Under the pieces are notes generated by a model, which did no database searches, was not told the origin of the DNA, and was given only the letters and a program-made list of their open reading frames with translations. Of a DNA stretch of 64,000 nucleotides, positions 35,476 to 48,921 are shown piece after piece. This stretch comes from Vicugna vicugna (lineage: Eukaryota). Positions within the stretch are counted from its first letter, which is position 1. Each line of letters begins with the position of its first letter. Where the stretch lies: assembly GCA_013265495.1 (NCBI GenBank), contig MU058531.1:2852911-2916910 (forward strand). The letters are read 5' to 3'. Both the position numbers and the translations under genes were made by a program.

Positions 35476-37147
35476 AATATGAAACATATTTGGGGACTAA
35501 GTCAGGGCCTAGAAAAAATGATAGTACTTAAGCCGAAGCCACCTGTTACTGAAGAGAAGAAAGTATGCAGGGGAGGCATGCGGGGAGGCGTGGACACTGC
35601 CTCTGGCTGGCCTGGCTCTGCCCTGCCACCTCCACATGGCCAGGATTCCATAAGGTCGTTCTAGATTTTCCTGTGCAGAACTCGCAGTCACCTGCAGAAG
35701 CCCCGAGAGGACCCGCCTCTCACCCTGGAGGGTCTGAGCTCTAAGACAATAACTGGGGTTTCCAGGCATCACAAGTCCCAACAGAGTGCGTTCACACTGT
35801 GAGCAAGCTGCTCCGGATGGTACTATTTACTGTCTGGATATCAGCAGGGGTGGGGGACGGGATGAAGACTAGGGTGACGGAGAGGAACTTGATTCATTTC
35901 TTGAAGAGTTATCTCCTAATGAGTTATTGTAATAACCTGGCCTTTCTATCCACTTGTTTAAGAGCTTGATTCAGCAAAAAATATGCCTAAGACTTTTTTT
36001 ATTGGATACATTAAGGTAGAAAAACTGGAAAAACTGTGACTTAAAAACTGTAAGCAACTTCTGATTCTAGGAAGAGATGTGAATTCACATTTCAGGCAGA
36101 CCACTGCTTTGCTTAGGATAATTCCCTGGGTAGATCTTAAACGTTACTATAAAGCAAATCCCTACCACAGTTCTTTCACAACTTAAATAACCTGAATTCA
36201 ACTGTTCTGTTTGGTGAAATAAACTGTTAAGTGTATATGTTAGATAGGACTATGGTTTCATCTTTGCCAGTTTGGGGGGGAAATGTGTCTTCCCTTGAGT
36301 GAAGTTACACTTGCTCTTGTGGTGATGTAAGTGCTCTTTCCTGAGGCCGCGGGAAGAATGTGCAGCTGACCTTCTCCTTTTAAAGGGGAGACAGAGGAAC
36401 TGGATGGATATCTGTGCAGCTCATGAAGAACTGGACTACTGATGCTCCAAACATGCCAAGACTGAAGAATCCAGGATATACTGCTTTGGATTCTAATCTC
36501 CTAATAAAATTAATTGTCTTCTTAGGAGTCAATGAGGAGGCCACAGTGCTCTGGGGGAGAAGGGAGAGTTTCCTCTAAAGGCAATGCATATTCTCCTGCT
36601 GAGTCATCTTGAAAGGGGCAGATCTTATAACAGGCAGACATGACACTACCAGAAGGAAGGAGAAAGCCCTGGTCTGCTTGGGAACATGTGGCAGTTGGAT
36701 GTGGACTCCAAGGTGATGATGTGTACAGGGCGGTACTGGAGGTTGGGGCAAATGGAGAACCGAGATCTGCCACAAGGAGGCAGGCTAGAGGGAGACAGGA
36801 GGCCAACTGTAACAGACCCAGAAAGCCGGTCTGAGCCATATTTGGCAGCCACTTCAAGGTACCCATTTCATGGGGTTCTCTACTCTTGTCCCTGACCTGG
36901 AAGTAAAACTTTTTTAAAGTTGCTGTTTGGTTTCTGATGTAATGAAGGCCCTATCCCCTACTTGGAATGCAGGGTGAAGGAGAGGGCAGCAGCCTGAGGA
37001 AGCTTGTTGGCGGAAGGGTGGAGGGGTGGAACCCAGCAAAGAGAGGTCTTAGGCAGAGGGGCATCGGTGAGCTGGGCTGCTCCGACAAACTATTCAGATT
37101 TCTGGAACATGTAAGCATCAACCTGGGATTCTCAGAAACAGTTCGGG

Positions 37148-37655
37148 AAGAGGTGGTATATATAGACAATGGAATATTATTCTGCCAGGAGAAAGAAGGA
37201 AATCCTCTATTTCCAACAACATGGATGGACCTTGACAGCATTATGCTAAATGAGATAAGTTAGACTGAGAAAGACAAATACTGTATGATCTCACATATGT
37301 GTGGAATCTAAAAAAGCTGAACTCATAGAAGCAGAGAGTAGAATGGTGGTTACCAGGGACTGGGGGAATTGAAAAGATGTTAGTCAAAGGGTACAAACTT
37401 GCAGTTAGAAGATAAATTAAGTTCTGCTAATGTACAGCATTGTAATTATAGTCAATGATACTGTATTATATCCTTCAAAGTTGCTAAGAGACCAGATCTC
37501 AAAAGTACGATAATTCTGTGACACAATGGAGGTGTTAGTTTACAGTACAATGGTAATCACATTGCAATATACAATTGTATCAAATCATGTACACCTTAAA
37601 CTTACACAATGCTATATGCCAACTGTATGCCCATTTTTTAAGTTAAAATAAACAA
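37148..37655 (+). mobile_element. Old L1 3' fragment (L1MA-like)
   Basis: Decayed ORF2 end TTWMDLDSIMLNEIS plus 3'UTR. Confidence 0.8.
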
Positions 37656-37680
37656 ACCAGCATGATTTATCAAAAAACAA

Positions 37681-37736
37681 CTCCAGAAATTAACACATTG
37701 TAAAATGACTATACTTCAGTAAAATTAAAAAAAAAA
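37681..37736 (+). mobile_element. Short L1 3' terminus
   Basis: ccagaaattaacacattgtaaaatgactatacttca plus A tail, similar to 25701-25748. Confidence 0.65.
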
Positions 37737-38585
37737 CCAATAACCACAATCATAATAATGGTATAGAATGCTCTGGAAATGATTCTGTGAGCAACAGAGA
37801 CAGGATTGATTTAATATTGAGCTCTCCATCACATATGCTAATAAATCTGTACTGCAGATGTTAATTAACTGACAAGGAAAAAACTGAGCATTTAACCATT
37901 TCGTGATAAGAATATTCTTCTTTTCATATTTATTGCCTTGAATTAATTATACTGACATGTGAGTTTACTAGAAAAAAATTGCATCTGTGGTTCTTTGCCA
38001 CATGGGTCATGGGTGTTATGCACAAGTTGTCTCCATAGAGGGCAAAGAACTGATTAAAAACAAGAAAAAGAAATAGTTGGGGAGGTGAACTTGAAGACTT
38101 CCTGTCTTCAAGGCATGATGGGGATTCAGAGCTGCTGCAATGTGGGCATTAATATAGACATGCCCTCACATGCTGGGAAGCTGAGATATGGCAGCTACTT
38201 CTGAAGATGGAAGTGACTAGGGGTGGCTCCTTTACCATTTGGGATGTCTCTAGTGGCCACCTCCCCATGACACATCCAAGCCCAGTTAAAACACAGGCCC
38301 TTCAGTTTGGAGGGTATCACCACTCTTGCTGGTTTTCAATAGGGTATTAACACCCCAAAATGAAGCAAGTCTCATCCCGCACACAGGGCTGTGGGAGGTA
38401 GATCAAGGGGGTGTTGAGAGGCACTTGCTATGCCTCTGGTCTCTCTCCACCTCTGCCACAGCTGACCTTCGGTCCCCAGATACCCCCTTCAGCCCCACTT
38501 GCTCAGGCAGGCCAGTACCTGCCAGCCCACCACCAACCCCCTAAAATACCGTTTCCATACCAACTGTCCACACTCCAACATTTAC

Positions 38586-38702
38586 CTCAACAACCAGCAG
38601 ATCATCATTTGAAATGGGCTCAAGCTTTTTATCTGGTGGTGTCTTTTCAAGAAGAGTGCTTAATTCAACCAAGATTCTGCCTCTGTAGGCAACTCCTTCC
38701 CC
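38586..38702 (-). CDS. MYOF: MYOF exon ~19 (117 nt)
   Basis: GEGVAYRGRILVELSTLLEKTPPDKKLEPISNDDLLVVE; AG/GT flanks. Confidence 0.95.
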
Positions 38703-39631
38703 CTGAAAGGCAACAGCACAGGGTTATTCCTACAGGCATGAACGACAGTCCAAAGATCTCTGTCGCTCTAGTTGGGCCAATCCAGCTACAACTTAAAAGT
38801 TCCTCGTTCCCCAAATGAATCAGTGGGTAACTCTCTCATCTGGTCTTTGGTATCAGAAAGAAAAAACTGTGTTAATTTGGCTTCTTTTCTCCTCTTCTCG
38901 GAATAGGGAGGATGCCATGTTGGCAACCAGGGCAAGTGTCAGAGTAGCCAGGAAATAAAAGAGGAAGATGTTCTGGGTGTGGCCGAATGTGAGGATTCAC
39001 TGCGGATACTCCTCCCACCATACCCAGCAGTGCTGGCAACAGAATCCTCTGGAGAGGAAGGGGTGGTTTCCACCTCCACAGCCAGTCCTCCACCCGACCC
39101 CACCCCCACCCCCAGGGCTCTCTACCTCAGTCCCTTTCTTGCACTTTGGGAGCTAACTAATACACATTACTTGGGCTTCTAATGTGGTAGAAAGACCACT
39201 TCCCATGTCGAGGCCTCCGTGTCCACATCTATAAAATGAAGAGGTTGGATCAGGTCAGGGATGGTAATTTCAAGCATGTCACCTCCAGTTATTCGGCAAA
39301 TTCATAGAACACGGCGTTGAACAGAATTCTGAGGTAGTACATTTGCTTTTCAGAAACAGCCAACGTTGATGACTGGCCCTAAGTGTAGGATTGGAGGAAT
39401 GGCCATGCTATGCATTTGCAATTGCCAAATTAGGTCACCCTTGCCTGTTCTTGCATTCTAAGACTTGAGGAACGTGAGATTTCCATCCTTTAACACTTGA
39501 TCAGTCACCTGGTGGGTTTCTGGGAGTGGGGAGGGACGGTTCCCTAAATATGAGACTTAATTATAACCATTAGAAGGCGGCACCACATTAATCAGTGCTC
39601 ATTAATAACAAACTCTAATAGAAGAACTAAC

Positions 39632-39756
39632 CTTTCCCATGTTTAGCTCATCGTAGGGGTCTGGGAATCCCGTGTACTCTCTCGGGCTTCCGTAAAGGTT
39701 CAGATAACAAGGTCCAAAAGTTGGAACAAAGCCCACCTCTGTTTCTCCTGTATTTG
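39632..39756 (-). CDS. MYOF: MYOF exon ~18 (125 nt)
   Basis: [41 protein letters not shown]; gttagt donor. Confidence 0.95.
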
Positions 39757-41846
39757 CTGAGAGATAACATCATCATTAGATCTTAGGCTTTTAACACTCA
39801 ATCTGTTGAAATAAGTATTAGTTATTAGTTAGCTGGGTGAGGCCGTTTTCCTCCATTTTGTGCGTTAGTCGTATTAGTGCAAATTCTAGACATTTGTGAG
39901 ACTTGCCACAGTTCCCTCATCTTATTGCTATAAAACATTAAATAAAAAACACTTGGGGGGGTTAGTTCAGGTAAACTTATGTTATTCTTACATAAAGATG
40001 ATGCTATTCAAGTGAAAAAATAATAAGTTGTTCTTCACATTTTTTGCAAGTTTATAATTGGCATTGAAGTAAATATGTCATTGGTAATTAGAGTAAAGAT
40101 TACATTGTTTTGGAAAGTCATTTAAATGATACATGTCAGATTAAGTTTATCTGTTCCTCAAAAATGTCATTTAGTCTCAAGTAGTTAGTATAAATCTGGC
40201 AGATGCTGTTAAAAATACAAGCCATTTAAAATTTTTATATGTAACAATCAACTGCCTGCCTATGGTTATGGCCATGTGATACTCATAAGCAACACAAAGT
40301 CTCCATTCATGGCATTCTATCTCTGATGAGCATCCAATATGCTCCATATTTCTGCTACCTGGTCTTAGCAAGACTACTCCCCAGTGAGGGGCACTGCAGG
40401 CAGTGTAAGGAAATAGCAGAGTCAAAGGGAAGTTGCAGGTGAAGATGGGGAAATGTAAGAGCTGCCTCCAGTCATCTGAATGGTTCCCATATGGAGGAGG
40501 GATGGACTTGCTTCCAAAAGCAAGGGAAGGACCACGGTTGGGAGCTACCAGGTGGCCAACTTTGGTTTATTCAATGTAAGGAAGAGCTTTCTATGAATTA
40601 GGGATGTCAAACAACAGGACAGATTGCCTTGGGGACAGAGGAAATGTTAATGTCATGATTTCAGCCTGTCTTTCAGGATATTGTTAAGATCATTCCTCTA
40701 CGGATGACAGGTTGACCAGATGACCTCTATGGCCTTTTTCTCCTAAAACTAAGGCAGAAAGGTAAATGTGGAGTAGCAGGTGAGCAGAATGCCCATTAGT
40801 AAACAGTTGAGCAAACTGTATATGCATGTAGTTTGCAATCTTTTTCACCTCTCTGAGGTTCCTTTGCATTTTGGACTTCTATAAGTCATGACTTTATATT
40901 TTAATTTTTGAACCTTAAATAGTTGCTTATCTCTGTGAATACATTATAAATTCCTTTGGTGGATGAGGCAGGATTCAGGTATGTTTTATTCTGACTCTAA
41001 ATACCTACTCCTGGTTCAATCATGGAATAGCACCACATACATATTCTCTGATTGATTGAACAAATGGTTGAAGGAATGCAGTGTTATCAGATCTGCCAAG
41101 TCCATTACAAACCTAAAGACTACTTCATATTCATATAAAGTCTGATTATAAGATAATGAGATTGAATTTTAGAAACAAATGAGAAAAAGGCATTGTGCCA
41201 ATAACATAAAGGCAGATGAGAAAACCTTATTTTTGCAGTTTGCAAACTTTCTGACATGCAACATCTCTTTTCCCTCTGACTACAACCTTGGGTGATTAGC
41301 AAGGCAGGGATTATCATGCTCAATTTGAAAGAAGACAAATTTCTCCAAACTACAGAGTCTTCATCTATTAGGGGAACAATAACATCTACCCTAAGAAGGT
41401 TGGGATGGTCAAGTGTGAGAGTATTGAGCAAACTTGCAAAGAATGGTGAGTGCTGTGCAAACCCAAGGGCAGGTTATGATCCTGCATAACCTCTTGCATA
41501 GTTGGAAGATGAAGACCTTCAAGGTACAAAGTGGAAAACATAACAACAACAAAAAATGTTACACAAGTATTTACAATGATGTTATACAAGTAATTACAAA
41601 CAGGACGGTATGCATCTAGGTGAAAACATGAGGCATGTAGCAAAGCCTGGTTAGCACATTTGTGTAAACTTAGCTTTGCAGGACAACGGTACAACACTTG
41701 ATACAAAAATTATTACTCTAGCAAAACTATTTTTAAGACAGCAAAATGTGAAAAAAAAAGGTGATAGAGGCATCAACTGATAAATTCTTAATTGGGTAAT
41801 AGTAAACAGAAAGATCGAGAAGATAGCAAAATTACAAAGCATAAAC

Positions 41847-41885
41847 CTGTATATGATGCAGCCCCAGATCCCGAAGATGAGAAAT
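41847..41885 (-). CDS. MYOF: MYOF exon ~17 (39-nt frame-preserving cassette exon)
   Basis: (D)FSSSGSGAASYT; catag acceptor, gtttat donor; symmetric phase 1-1. Confidence 0.88.
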
Positions 41886-43970
41886 CTATGTAGTAAAAAT
41901 ACGGTTGGTTAAAAAAGAGAAATACGGTCATGATAAAAGAGACATGAAAAAGTTAATCAAATCCAGTGCTGGGTAAGTGGTTTAGCAACACCAGAAAAAA
42001 TCCCAAATTCAGACTCAAATCACACGACACTTTTGTAATTTACACGAGTGTCACTGGTTAAATGCAAACTAGCTCAAGGCTTTGTAACAACTGGCAGCAC
42101 CACCACATGTGAAATAACCCAGTCTCATCAGCCCCAGGGTAGTGAAGCGTCTGAGAACTAGCTTCCCACCGTCAGAGGAGGCCGGGGGAAGTTACCAACA
42201 TTTCATGATTTTCATAAAATATTTATTTGTCCTATGTCTGACTTAAATGGGATTAAGATCAGAGAATCCAAGTTAATTTAGTCTAAGGTTGTGTAAGCAA
42301 AGGCCTATTTAATAGTACATTATTTGTCTTTTGGGGGCTTGGGGGGATAGCTGCTCACTGCTATTTTGAGACCCTGTTAGACTGTCTGTAGGACCTGCAA
42401 TGAGAGAAGGCCTCAGAGACAAGGGCTGAAACTGCTGGTAACAATTTGTTTTTAGTTCTTCTGGACATAACTACCGTATCACTGGAAAAAAAAAAAGCTC
42501 ATTCTATTATCTCTTATATAGTTATCTTTAGGTAATTATTTAATGATTTCCTGTTAATGATAAGTCAATTTAAGTACTTTTTACCCTACCTCCCATATAG
42601 TTATAGCATGATTTTAAATTACTCTTTTGGTTATCTTTAACCAATAAATTTAATCTAGTCTTTATCTAACCAATGATTTAACCTAGCCTTTATATCTGGA
42701 TCCCCTACTTGATAAGAAGAGGTTAACAGCGCGTCTACTCTTCCCCGCCTCTCTTCTTCCTGTTTTCACTCCTAAGCTCTGTCTTCTATGGTTGTACATT
42801 GTAAGAGGCGATGATATTTACCTTCTATTTAGAGCTTTGACTACAGGTTTAATGACACATTTTAAAAAACAATTAATAGTGCTTATATTATAACCACTAT
42901 ATAATATTGTATTCTGCAGAGAAAAGGAGAGTTGTAATTACATTTCCTTTGTACAGGTCCGGCAGCATGGTCCCCTATGCCACTTGGCAGACAATGTCTA
43001 GATGGAATCTCTTACCTTCTACCATTTGCTTAAAACAATGGAATACTTGACTTTAAATTTGGCCTATACCTTCCTGTTTCAGCTCTTTATTTTTCCTGGA
43101 ATTTCTAATTGCCTTTTTTTTTCATGCTTCTTGAGCGAGGAAATCTTTATCTTCTTCACCAAACCTCTATTAGTTCCAGGTTCTATCTATTGCTTGGTAT
43201 ACAATATTTTTAAAAAAAAAAGACCTATAAAGTCCTCTCTTAAACAAGATCAGGATGAGAGGAACCTTAGGTTCTCCCAAACAAAATTTTGTCTCAAATT
43301 CTCTCACTTTACTCAATGTGTTTAATCTATTGGTAATTATGAGAATTTTTTTGGTAACAAAAAATAAACTGATGATATTAATGTGTTGACATTAATTTTT
43401 TTCTCTTACCATCTTAATTTTATCTCCTTAACTCCCTATTACAATTTCTGACATATACATAGAAACATAATACCAGGCATAGCCAATTAGTTTACCAAAA
43501 ACAACAAAAAGAAGCTTATCAATGCCTGTTGGCATAAAAATGCATGAAAACAAAATACACATTATTTGGTGTGGAGATTACATGGTTCATTGCCATCTGA
43601 CCTTCTTGTTCCTGCCAAGGAAGTCAGTAGAGAAGGGAATATCATTTTATATTTGGGTGAACTGGTGTCAATTTCACCCTAAAGAACAAGGTGCATTCTG
43701 TACCGACACTCAAAAATTTGTAAAACAGCTACTGGGAGAGAGTTTTCAGATGGGAGCAAGAAAGCTAAATTTTTTAAACTTAAAGTTACTTTGATTATTA
43801 ATAACTAATTCATTGTTTGGCTGGTCGTTATCAAAACATTACTACATGGTTCACTAGGCTTATTATTTGGCTTTTAAGAAACTAAGTTCATTGTCAGGTG
43901 GCTACCCCAGTTCATTCTTTTTCCAAAAGTTCTCCATCCTGTCTTGTTCCAGCTCTGCTGTGTGACTCAC

Positions 43971-44053
43971 CTTCCACTTCCCCACCAGAGGCAGCAATTT
44001 TAGAGAGGTGTAGATATGTTGTTCCAACAACATCATTTTTGGTAAGACGGTCC
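43971..44053 (-). CDS. MYOF: MYOF exon ~16 (83 nt)
   Basis: DRLTKNDVVGTTYLHLSKIAASGGEVE; gtgagt donor. Confidence 0.94.
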
Positions 44054-45699
44054 CTGTGTAAAAGAACAGGTTAAGGCCTCCACTGATAAAGATAGATCTT
44101 CATTTCAACAATAATAAGACAGAGTTGGAAAAGACCTTAGACCTCAAAAATCACCCTGTCCAGTGGGCCTCAAGTTTTATCATTCTCTAATAATCACTTG
44201 AGAACCACCACTACCCCCCATCTTCTATTCAAGCTTTTGATTCAGTAAAAGCAGGAGTGAAGAACAGAGAGTCTGCGTTTATAACAAGTATACGTCCCAA
44301 CTGATTCTGATGCAGATGGTCCTCCAACCACCCTTCGATAAACATTGATCTAATCAGACAACTCATTTCAGTTATGGAAACTGAGATTTTTACAGAAGTC
44401 AAGGGATCTGCCTAAGGCCACATTCAACACTGTTGCCATAAAATGAATGGATCAATTACAGGCACATTGCTTGGTGAGTGTAATAAAGTCACATTACATA
44501 GAAGGAGTGCACATATCTTATTTTAGCATGGTCACACTAATGACTATGATGACGCCAACAACTACACTGGGCTATATCTAAGGCTCCTTCATAAAGAAAA
44601 AACTTCCCTTTCAATTCAAGTATTAATTGGGCAGGTACTAGGAGAGAAAGACTATTTTTTATGACTGCATTTGCTTACCTAGAGCCTGAATCTTATCTAT
44701 GTGGTAGGGACAAGTTTGCTCACTACAAGTGTATACAACTTTGTGTATCTTTCCATGGGTATCTTAGAGAGTCTGTGAGTCTAACTCAGGAAATGGTCCC
44801 TGGCTGAGCACATAGTAGGTGTAAAAAAATAAGGCTTATATTAATAACATGCTCTCTGTTTAATTACTCTTCTTTATTTCATTTAGTGGCACTCACTCTG
44901 AAGTTTAGGACCCCATGGGAGGGAGGAAAAAGGTTCATTCAGTATTTTGAGGAAAGATTATACTATAGTATATTATTATATTTAATAGTACTATTATGTA
45001 CATTATGTATAATATTATACATTATATAGTATAATAATATTAAGTTATAGAAAGTGACTAATTAAACATAGTTTGCATGAGGAAAAATTATTACTTTGGG
45101 GTATTAAGCCCACCACATGTATGAGACTTCCATGTTCTCTGTCCATCTGGAAGGGTCTAGAGCACACTTAAAGAATCCTTAGCTTCCCTCAGTTGTGCAA
45201 ATACCCTACAGGGTATGTAACCTAAGATCTGGATCCAAGGGTTCCCCAGTTAAACAGGGTCTCTCTAAACATCCTGATCTGCTATTGCTTTGGAGAGGGC
45301 AGACTAGGTCAGGGGAAAAAAAACCCACATTTGCAGCAACCACAGGCAACTCTGGGATGGCTCAATCAGAGATCATCCTACTGCAGGCCAGAGTGGTCAC
45401 CTGAGCTATGCAGGGTTCAAGCCCACAGTCCTGAGGATTCCTAAGGCCTCTGGAACACCTTCAGCGTGTCAACTGAGGGGCCCAAGGGCCTTAAAACTAG
45501 CTCACACTCATTGGAAGGGGGATTCATTTTGGCCTTGGCCCCCTTCAGGGCCCTCAATGATGTGGTCCATGACTTCATCCTGTGATGTGGTCATTGAACA
45601 AAATAAAGCCTACTCCCCTCCTCCCCAAGTGCCTTGTTGCCATAGTCCCAAGAGGGCACTAACATGAAAGTCACTGGGCCAAAGGAAAAACTAGGGCCA

Positions 45700-45920
45700 G
45701 GCAGGATGGGGACCCAACTGAGCCTCTAACTATCTGAGTGACTGTGGCCAAGTCACCTGACCCCTCTGAGCCTCAGGGTCTCCATCTGTAAAATGAACTA
45801 ATAATAGTCTCTGTTCCTTAGGGTTACTCTAATGACTAACTGCAATAATGTAGATAAGGCCTGAGGCACAGCACCTGGCACTCAGTCGTGCTCAAAACAC
45901 AGCAGCTAATACAATAATAA
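45700..45920 (+). mobile_element. MIR SINE
   Basis: ctctgagcctcagggtctccatctgtaaaatg...gcacctggcac core. Confidence 0.75.
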
Positions 45921-46517
45921 ATGATGATGATGATGATGATGGTGGTGGTTCCACTGACGACTGTGATGATATTTGCCATTCCCACCCCCAGGAAGCTGAG
46001 GGCTGCCACCTGAATGACCCATCCGACTAGAAGAGACCCAAGAATGGCCTCATTATGGCCAATTATTGCTAAAGTCCATCAGAACTTTTCAATGAATTTT
46101 CTTCACATTCAATCAGATAGGGAGCTCTGTCCACTTTCCTTTCTAACAACAACAGAGAACAGCTCTCAGAATGTTTTGGTGATTCTTCCCAGGATAGTTT
46201 ACTCTATTTCTGAAGTCTATTTTGGACAGTCTGACGGTATTTAAAGCCTTGCTTTCTTATCTTGGGGTATATTCAGATCATTTTTCCTTCCTTCCGTTTA
46301 CTGGCAGCTGAACCAAGATATTTAAAGCTTTTCTGCCACTATTATTATTTTTAAAGAAAACATCCGATTCCAGGAGCAGGTTATCCCTTCCCTTTGGAAG
46401 AAAAGCAAATGTCCTGAAAAGTAAGAGTTAGATCCTCTAAAGTAATGTTCCTCAATATCCAAATGTTGAATTTGAAATTTGAAATTTTGAATTAGACACA
46501 AATCCTTTTTAACTCAC

Positions 46518-46561
46518 CAGTCATATACTGTTAATTTTATTTTTTCACAGACTGAAGGAAA
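46518..46561 (-). CDS. MYOF: MYOF exon ~15 (44 nt)
   Basis: FPSVCEKIKLTVYD(W); gtgagt donor. Confidence 0.93.
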
Positions 46562-46663
46562 CTGTTAAAAAGAAACGGAAAAAAAAAGTAGTTATTTCTC
46601 AACTTATTCAGTAATTATAAGAGTAAGTATTCTTACTTTTTCTAAAAGAAAAGAAAGTCAAAC

Positions 46664-46732
46664 CTTGATTTGAAGATTAACAACTTGATTCCACTCAGGG
46701 TTGGCATTTTTCTCAATTATATTCGTGCAAAC
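46664..46732 (-). CDS. MYOF: MYOF exon ~14 (69 nt)
   Basis: VCTNIIEKNANPEWNQVVNLQIK; AG/GT flanks. Confidence 0.94.
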
Positions 46733-46951
46733 CTGTAAAATCATCAAAACAAAACAGCAGGTGTTCAAGTTTGTAATTTTTCAAAGTTTATAATATATGC
46801 ATACTAGTTTATGACCCTAGCAGTTTACTTATAAGCTATATACTTAGCAACCTCGCTAAAAGTTTATTTTTCTTGATAACAATTTGGTAAAATATGACAT
46901 GGGTTTAATTTTAATCTTTGCTTCTTCTATACACTAAAAGTTAGTTTCCAT

Positions 46952-47076
46952 GGCGGGGTATAGCTCAGTGGTAGAGCGCATGCTCAGCATGCACGAGGTA
47001 CAGGGTTCAATCCCCAGTACCAACAATTAAACAAACAAATAAACCTGATTACCCCACCCCCCCACAAAAAAACCCA
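46952..47076 (+). mobile_element. tRNA-derived SINE (Vic-1-like)
   Basis: A/B boxes, (AAAC)n tail, TSD taaaagttagttt on both sides. Confidence 0.88.
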
Positions 47077-47199
47077 ATAAAAGTTAGTTTTCAATCACCA
47101 GATTACTAACATTGGATTAGCATCATGATGCAAGAGTTAATATTTAGTGAGTATGCATTACAGACCATCTAATAAGCATCTCTTCACTAACATGTCCCA

Positions 47200-47985
47200 A
47201 CCGATGTTTTGATCCTGCACACCAATCCCTCTCCCTGCTCCCCAAAATGCTCCTGTCTTTCCATTCACAAGGCTGTTCAGGCTTGAGCCAGAGTCAGCCA
47301 CCACACCTCTCTTCCCATTACATGCCGCATCCAATTCATTAATAACACCGACACCTCTATTTTCATCTGATCTTCCCCAGATGCCGGCAGTGGGTTCCCA
47401 TCTGGATCCCTACTTCCTCTCCTGCCTCCTTACTTTCATGCCACTCCCCGCATAGCCTCTTCTGTCAGCTCCTCGAGTATACGCAGAATCAAGTCGACTC
47501 AAACTCTGCCCGATAAAGCCCTCCCTGCCCCGCTCCCCAACCCCATCTCTCCAACCTCATCTCTCAGTTTCCTCCTGGCTTGCTCCACTCCTGCCGCATC
47601 AGCATGCTTTCCCCGCAGATGGATCTCTTCCTTGGAGCCTTTACATCAGCTCTTCCCTCTGCCTGGAGGCCCCAGCCCTCCAGATCTTTGCATCATCTAG
47701 GACTCTGCTCAAATGTCGCATCCTCAAGGGTGTCCCACCTGAAAACCCAGCTGATATCCCTCCAGCCCCCGGCACCAATCACTTCTTGTCCTCTGCTTTA
47801 TTATCTGCGAAGTAGTCAACACTAGCTGAAGTTATTCAACTTCTTGTTTGCTTGTTTATTGCTGTCCCTTCTATGTACACTCCACAAGAACAAAGACTGT
47901 CTCGCTCACTTTATCCCCAACACGGGGGACAGTATCTGATAACCTAGTAGACGCACAATATTTACTTCTCGAATTAATGAACCCT
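47200..47985 (+). mobile_element. L2 LINE 3' relic
   Basis: Degenerate L2 3' end (ttccctctgcctgga...ctctgctcaaatgtc...aatatttacttctcgaattaatgaa). Confidence 0.55.
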
Positions 47986-48817
47986 TTCAACAATCCTATG
48001 AGACTATCATTATCCTCACATATATATAGTTCAGGAAATTGAGACTCAGGAGATACGGGATTTGCTGTCACTGCCCACGGAGTGGGGTGAAGCCTGCATT
48101 TAAAGCTGGCTTCATTTTGCTCCAGAACTGAAGTCCTTTCCATCATCTCCCATAGACTCTCCCAGGAAATATCCCAGGCCCTACGTGGGGTTTATGACAT
48201 CTCACTGTCATAAATAAATGGTTCAGAGACATAAAAGATGCTATGTCTTCATGCCTAGAACTGTCTGGTGCATTGTTATTCTATGTAGAATCCCACTCTC
48301 CAATCTTTGATCATCTCTGCAGGTAAAAGTGGTGCTTACAGGTGTTCCTACACCAAGAGCCTCTCAGCTTTCTTCAGAGCGCTGGGATGGGGTTCCCCTG
48401 CTCAACTCTCCATTTTCAGCAGCTTGATGGGGCATGGGAGGTGAGATAGAAGACAGGAGTGGGCAGCTGGGTACGGTGGGCTATCCGCCCACATTTACCA
48501 GGGATCACTGTTGCTCGCTAGGGACCTTAACTAGGATTAAGATAATGTGTGGACCTGGAAATAATCCAAATAATTCAGTGGTAGCTTTCACTATTCTAAT
48601 GTTTCAAAAAGACTGAATTTTCTCATTTGAGTTCTGCGTACTTTGTACTCCAAAATAACCCTCTGGAGAAGTCTGGCATGTTCAGGCTCAGATAATCTGT
48701 GTTCCCGCACAGTGTCCAGCGCATCGGGGGGTACTCGAACAAAGAATAAGCAAGAAATCACTCCAAGGAAAAGCACATGTGTTTCTAGAAGCATCTGCAT
48801 TTAGATCACATACAAAC

Positions 48818-48921
48818 CTTTTTTCCAGCAAAGGAAACTTCTACAAAAGGATCCACTAGGTTTTTCTTATCTGCGCTGCCTCCAAATATCTCCTTGACTG
48901 TCTGGGAGAAGGCGTCATCCA
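48818..48921 (-). CDS. MYOF: MYOF exon ~13 (104 nt)
   Basis: (M)[38 protein letters not shown] flanks. Confidence 0.95.

Noticed and set aside
44955..45045. TA-rich stretch with short self-complementary pieces
   Set aside because: Low-complexity sequence without a long perfect stem or defined boundaries.
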